This document shows, piece after piece, positions 61,289 to 64,000 of a DNA stretch of 64,000 nucleotides. The notes beneath the pieces were generated by a model. That model was given only the letters and a program-made list of their open reading frames with translations. It did no database searches and had not been told where the DNA came from. This stretch comes from Ostrea edulis. Its lineage: Eukaryota. The translations under genes were made by a program, and so were the position numbers. Each line of letters begins with the position of its first letter. Position 1 is the first letter of the stretch. The stretch covers positions 69,874,001-69,938,000 of the forward strand of contig NC_079172.1 in the NCBI RefSeq assembly GCF_947568905.1, written 5' to 3'.

Positions 61289-61974
61289 AGTCCTCGTCTC
61301 GCCATTATATGTTTAAATAGTCACAGCGAATACATTCAATAAACTAATTCAGGTTTACAAGTATAGATACTTATTATAAAGTTGTCTTCAAAAAGTTGGG
61401 TTCATGCTCTGACGAGGAATTATCAAGATGAATGATGTCTTTTAGATTTAAATACCCGTGTATTATGTAGAAATCAGATAAGGTTTTGTGGAGCACTTGG
61501 CGGTCACGATGTAACAGTGTCGTGTGAATATTTACGTATAGCAGTTAGGAAGTTGATCCTTTTCCAATTGCTTCTGTATAGAAATTGACGCACATGTCGA
61601 TCTAATGATTGCAATTAATTTTTAGAAGTGTTAATTGACATAAGCTGTAGTCATTATCCATTCCATTAAGCGAAAGACGGGGTTTATATGAAAGTCACCA
61701 CAACGCAAAAGAAACTTGATTTTATTATTCAAAATGAAGACTATTTCTCTTTTTTGTTGATAAGTCTCTTAATTATATCGTAAGTTACTATAGACGAGTG
61801 AGATTACTCTGGTCATCCAGACTAAAAATAGATTTTAGAATAGTGGCATATCATTCTTTCTTGATTTTAACTTGGTAATTCTGTACCGTGTATACCTGTA
61901 CAAGTTCTTGTAACTCTATCAAATATATCGTCTAAAATGTCATATCTAAAATACAATATCTTACATAATTATAC

Positions 61975-62800
61975 TTTTTTATACTTCCGTCATCAGACGA
62001 GACGTATTGTGTTATGGCGCTGTCCTTGTGTCTGTCCGGCTGGCTGGCTGTCCGTCCGGGGTCATGTTTTCCGGACTTTTTTTTGTAACGGATGCATGTA
62101 CAACTTTGAAATTTGGTCACAATATCTCCCTCAAAAATTGTAAGAGTGAGTTTGCATTTCAGCTGGATTGGTCTATCCTTGACCTACTTTAAGGCTATAA
62201 GGAGGTCAAACAGTTTTCCGGACTTTTTTTTCGTTACAGATACAAATATTGCCCTGAAATTTACATATAAGCTTCCTTTCAGATTGATTGTTTTGCTGTT
62301 TTCCGCCACACTCAGCAATTTTTCAGTTATCTGGTGGCGCCCAGTTTTTTATTGGTGGAAGAGAGAACCCAGATACAATGTACCTGGGAAGAGACCACCG
62401 ACCTTCCGAAAGTAAACTGGGAAACTTTCTCACTTACCGACGCGAGCGGGATTCGAACCCGCGCCGACAGAGGTGAGAGGCCGAGTGATTTTGCTCTAAC
62501 CACTCGGCCACGGAGGCCTCTCTTCCTTTCAGAGGAATACAAGTTCAGTTTGCATTTTAGCTGGGATGGTCTGTTCTACTAAAAGTAGGTCAAACAGTTT
62601 TCCGGGCTTTTTTTCATTATGGATACAGATTTAGCCCTGATATTTAGTCATAGGTTTCCTCTTTTAGGAATACAAGATCAATTTGCATTTCAGCTAGATT
62701 GGTTCATCCTTGACCTACTTTTTGGAAAAAAAAATAGGTCAAACAGTTTTCCGGGCTTCTTTTTCATTACGGATACAGATATTGCCCTGATATTTCACAC
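61975..62800 (+). mobile_element. Helentron-type non-autonomous element with internal repeats, interrupted by a family-B SINE
   Basis: TTTTTATAC start, (GGCT/GTCC)n microsatellite, repeated TTTGCATTTCAGCTGGATTGG...GACCTACTT cores. Confidence 0.55.
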
Positions 62801-64000
62801 GGGTAAACGCGTTATCGGCTATTCGGTTATTATCGGACATTCGGTTGAAAGTGGTTTCTGACTGGTAAGTTTATTTGCTCAAAATTATTGTGATTCATAT
62901 TCTGTTAGAGCATAACGACCGGTTTGCGTTGAACCGTAAATATTAAAAGAAAAATGCGCTGATGTATTCTATAGTGTTGATGTAGAAGAATAGGAATATT
63001 ACAAGGGTAGAATTTACCAATTTTGTTAGGCATTTTGGTCACAATTTTTATTGTATTTAAATGCAACCCGCATTTTCTGCAATTTATCAACCAATACTTA
63101 CTGTCAACAATATAACATATGGTCAGTGTCCATTGAAACAAGTTTTGTCAATTTACAAGCAATAACTTTGATTTTAATTCGTTATCGGAAATCCGGTTGA
63201 TTGTTTTGAATGTTATCGGAAACTCCGGTTTTGGTTATCGGTTAATGTAGAGGATAGTATAAGAATCACAAGAATTATTCAGAATTGACCATTCGTTGAA
63301 TTGTATATGAAATAAACAAAGGTGTAGAATACTTCTCTTCTTATAAAAAGTGCAATTTATTTGCCCTTTTTTGCTTATGAGATTGATCACTGTACTTTAT
63401 CTTCACCTTTCATAAACAACTTGTATGATCTCTTCATCGGGCTTTGCTTCTTTTCTATGTATATTACATCGAAGTTAGATTAAAAATGACCATCAGATAC
63501 AAAACTACTTGGAGTTCTGCATCTTTTTATCTTAAAACAAGGCATATAATTCTCTGCTTATGGTAACAAACATACAGTGTAATCAAGCTTAAATTGCAAT
63601 GTTATTCAAATACGTGTGAATATTTTAATTCATGTACGTACAAGTAAACATGTATGTGGTGTGAAATTCAAAGAATGCAATGAAAATGAGAAATGTGTCA
63701 AAAGGGAAAAAATCAAACAATCGTACAAGAACCAGCCCTATAGCATAATAACAAATGGTCAGTAAATAAATGTGTCAAGTGCATGACAAACAGTCTTTTT
63801 TGCGTAATTATCGTACTAAATTGCATTGACACCAAATTGCATGTTACGCATGGTCGGAAAACATGTCCTCATCCGATAGAAAATGATTGTACCACCAAGT
63901 TAGGGTTTGATCACGGTGGAGAAAGGGGCGTATATTTATCCCTGTTCATCCATCTCGATTGAGTTTTATGTTAGTGTGTTTTTGGTGTATGTGTCAGCCA

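Noticed and set aside
61279-61305. Overlapping uORF (MARRGLWE*) with ATGA overlap at the CYYR1-like start
   Set aside because: A TATA-like TATTTAAA lies just upstream, so the uATG may precede the TSS. It cannot be supported without TSS data.
455-62520. tRNA-like segments (455-535, 10539-10625, 28205-28275, 37853-37925, 53975-54030, 55820-55870, 62440-62520) as tRNA genes
   Set aside because: They have A/B boxes but no proper acceptor or anticodon stems, and they are attached to repeated SINE or LTR bodies.

Overview
AT-rich, intron-containing eukaryotic DNA. The repeat families and gene content point to a bivalve mollusc, probably an oyster (inference). Most entries in the ORF track are transposon debris, antisense frames or tandem-repeat artefacts. 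By reading splice signals and phases by hand I reconstruct five spliced genes. (1) + strand, a 5'-incomplete NAL1/Ssy5-like trypsin-fold serine protease with an intact H/D/S triad (3827-9291). (2) + strand, complete 15-exon MCMBP (22446-35499) with a U12-type intron. (3) - strand, a multi-CARD protein with a TRADD-N-like module, each domain on its own phase 1-1 exon (37261-48934, 5' end unresolved). (4) - strand, a secreted MRH/M6P-receptor-homology-like protein (51252-56819). (5) - strand, a CYYR1/Shisa-like single-pass protein with three PPxY motifs (57706-61288). Mobile DNA includes a Tc1 relic, Penelope-like fragments plus a minimal hammerhead ribozyme, two LINEs (one with a 2A-like motif), a BEL/Pao gag fragment, hAT and pogo derivatives, Helentron-type elements, tRNA-derived SINEs, and a pol-less Gypsy element nested in a long-TIR element with an 8-bp TSD. 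The most unusual signal is six tandem duplications in three genes whose units straddle an exon-intron junction, so they multiply splice sites into the intron. They include 17 extra copies of the minor-spliceosome 5' site ATATCCTT in MCMBP, and 32 extra acceptors before the CYYR1-like TM exon, seven of which would add in-frame hydrophobic repeats. All alignments to known proteins are from memory, not from database searches.
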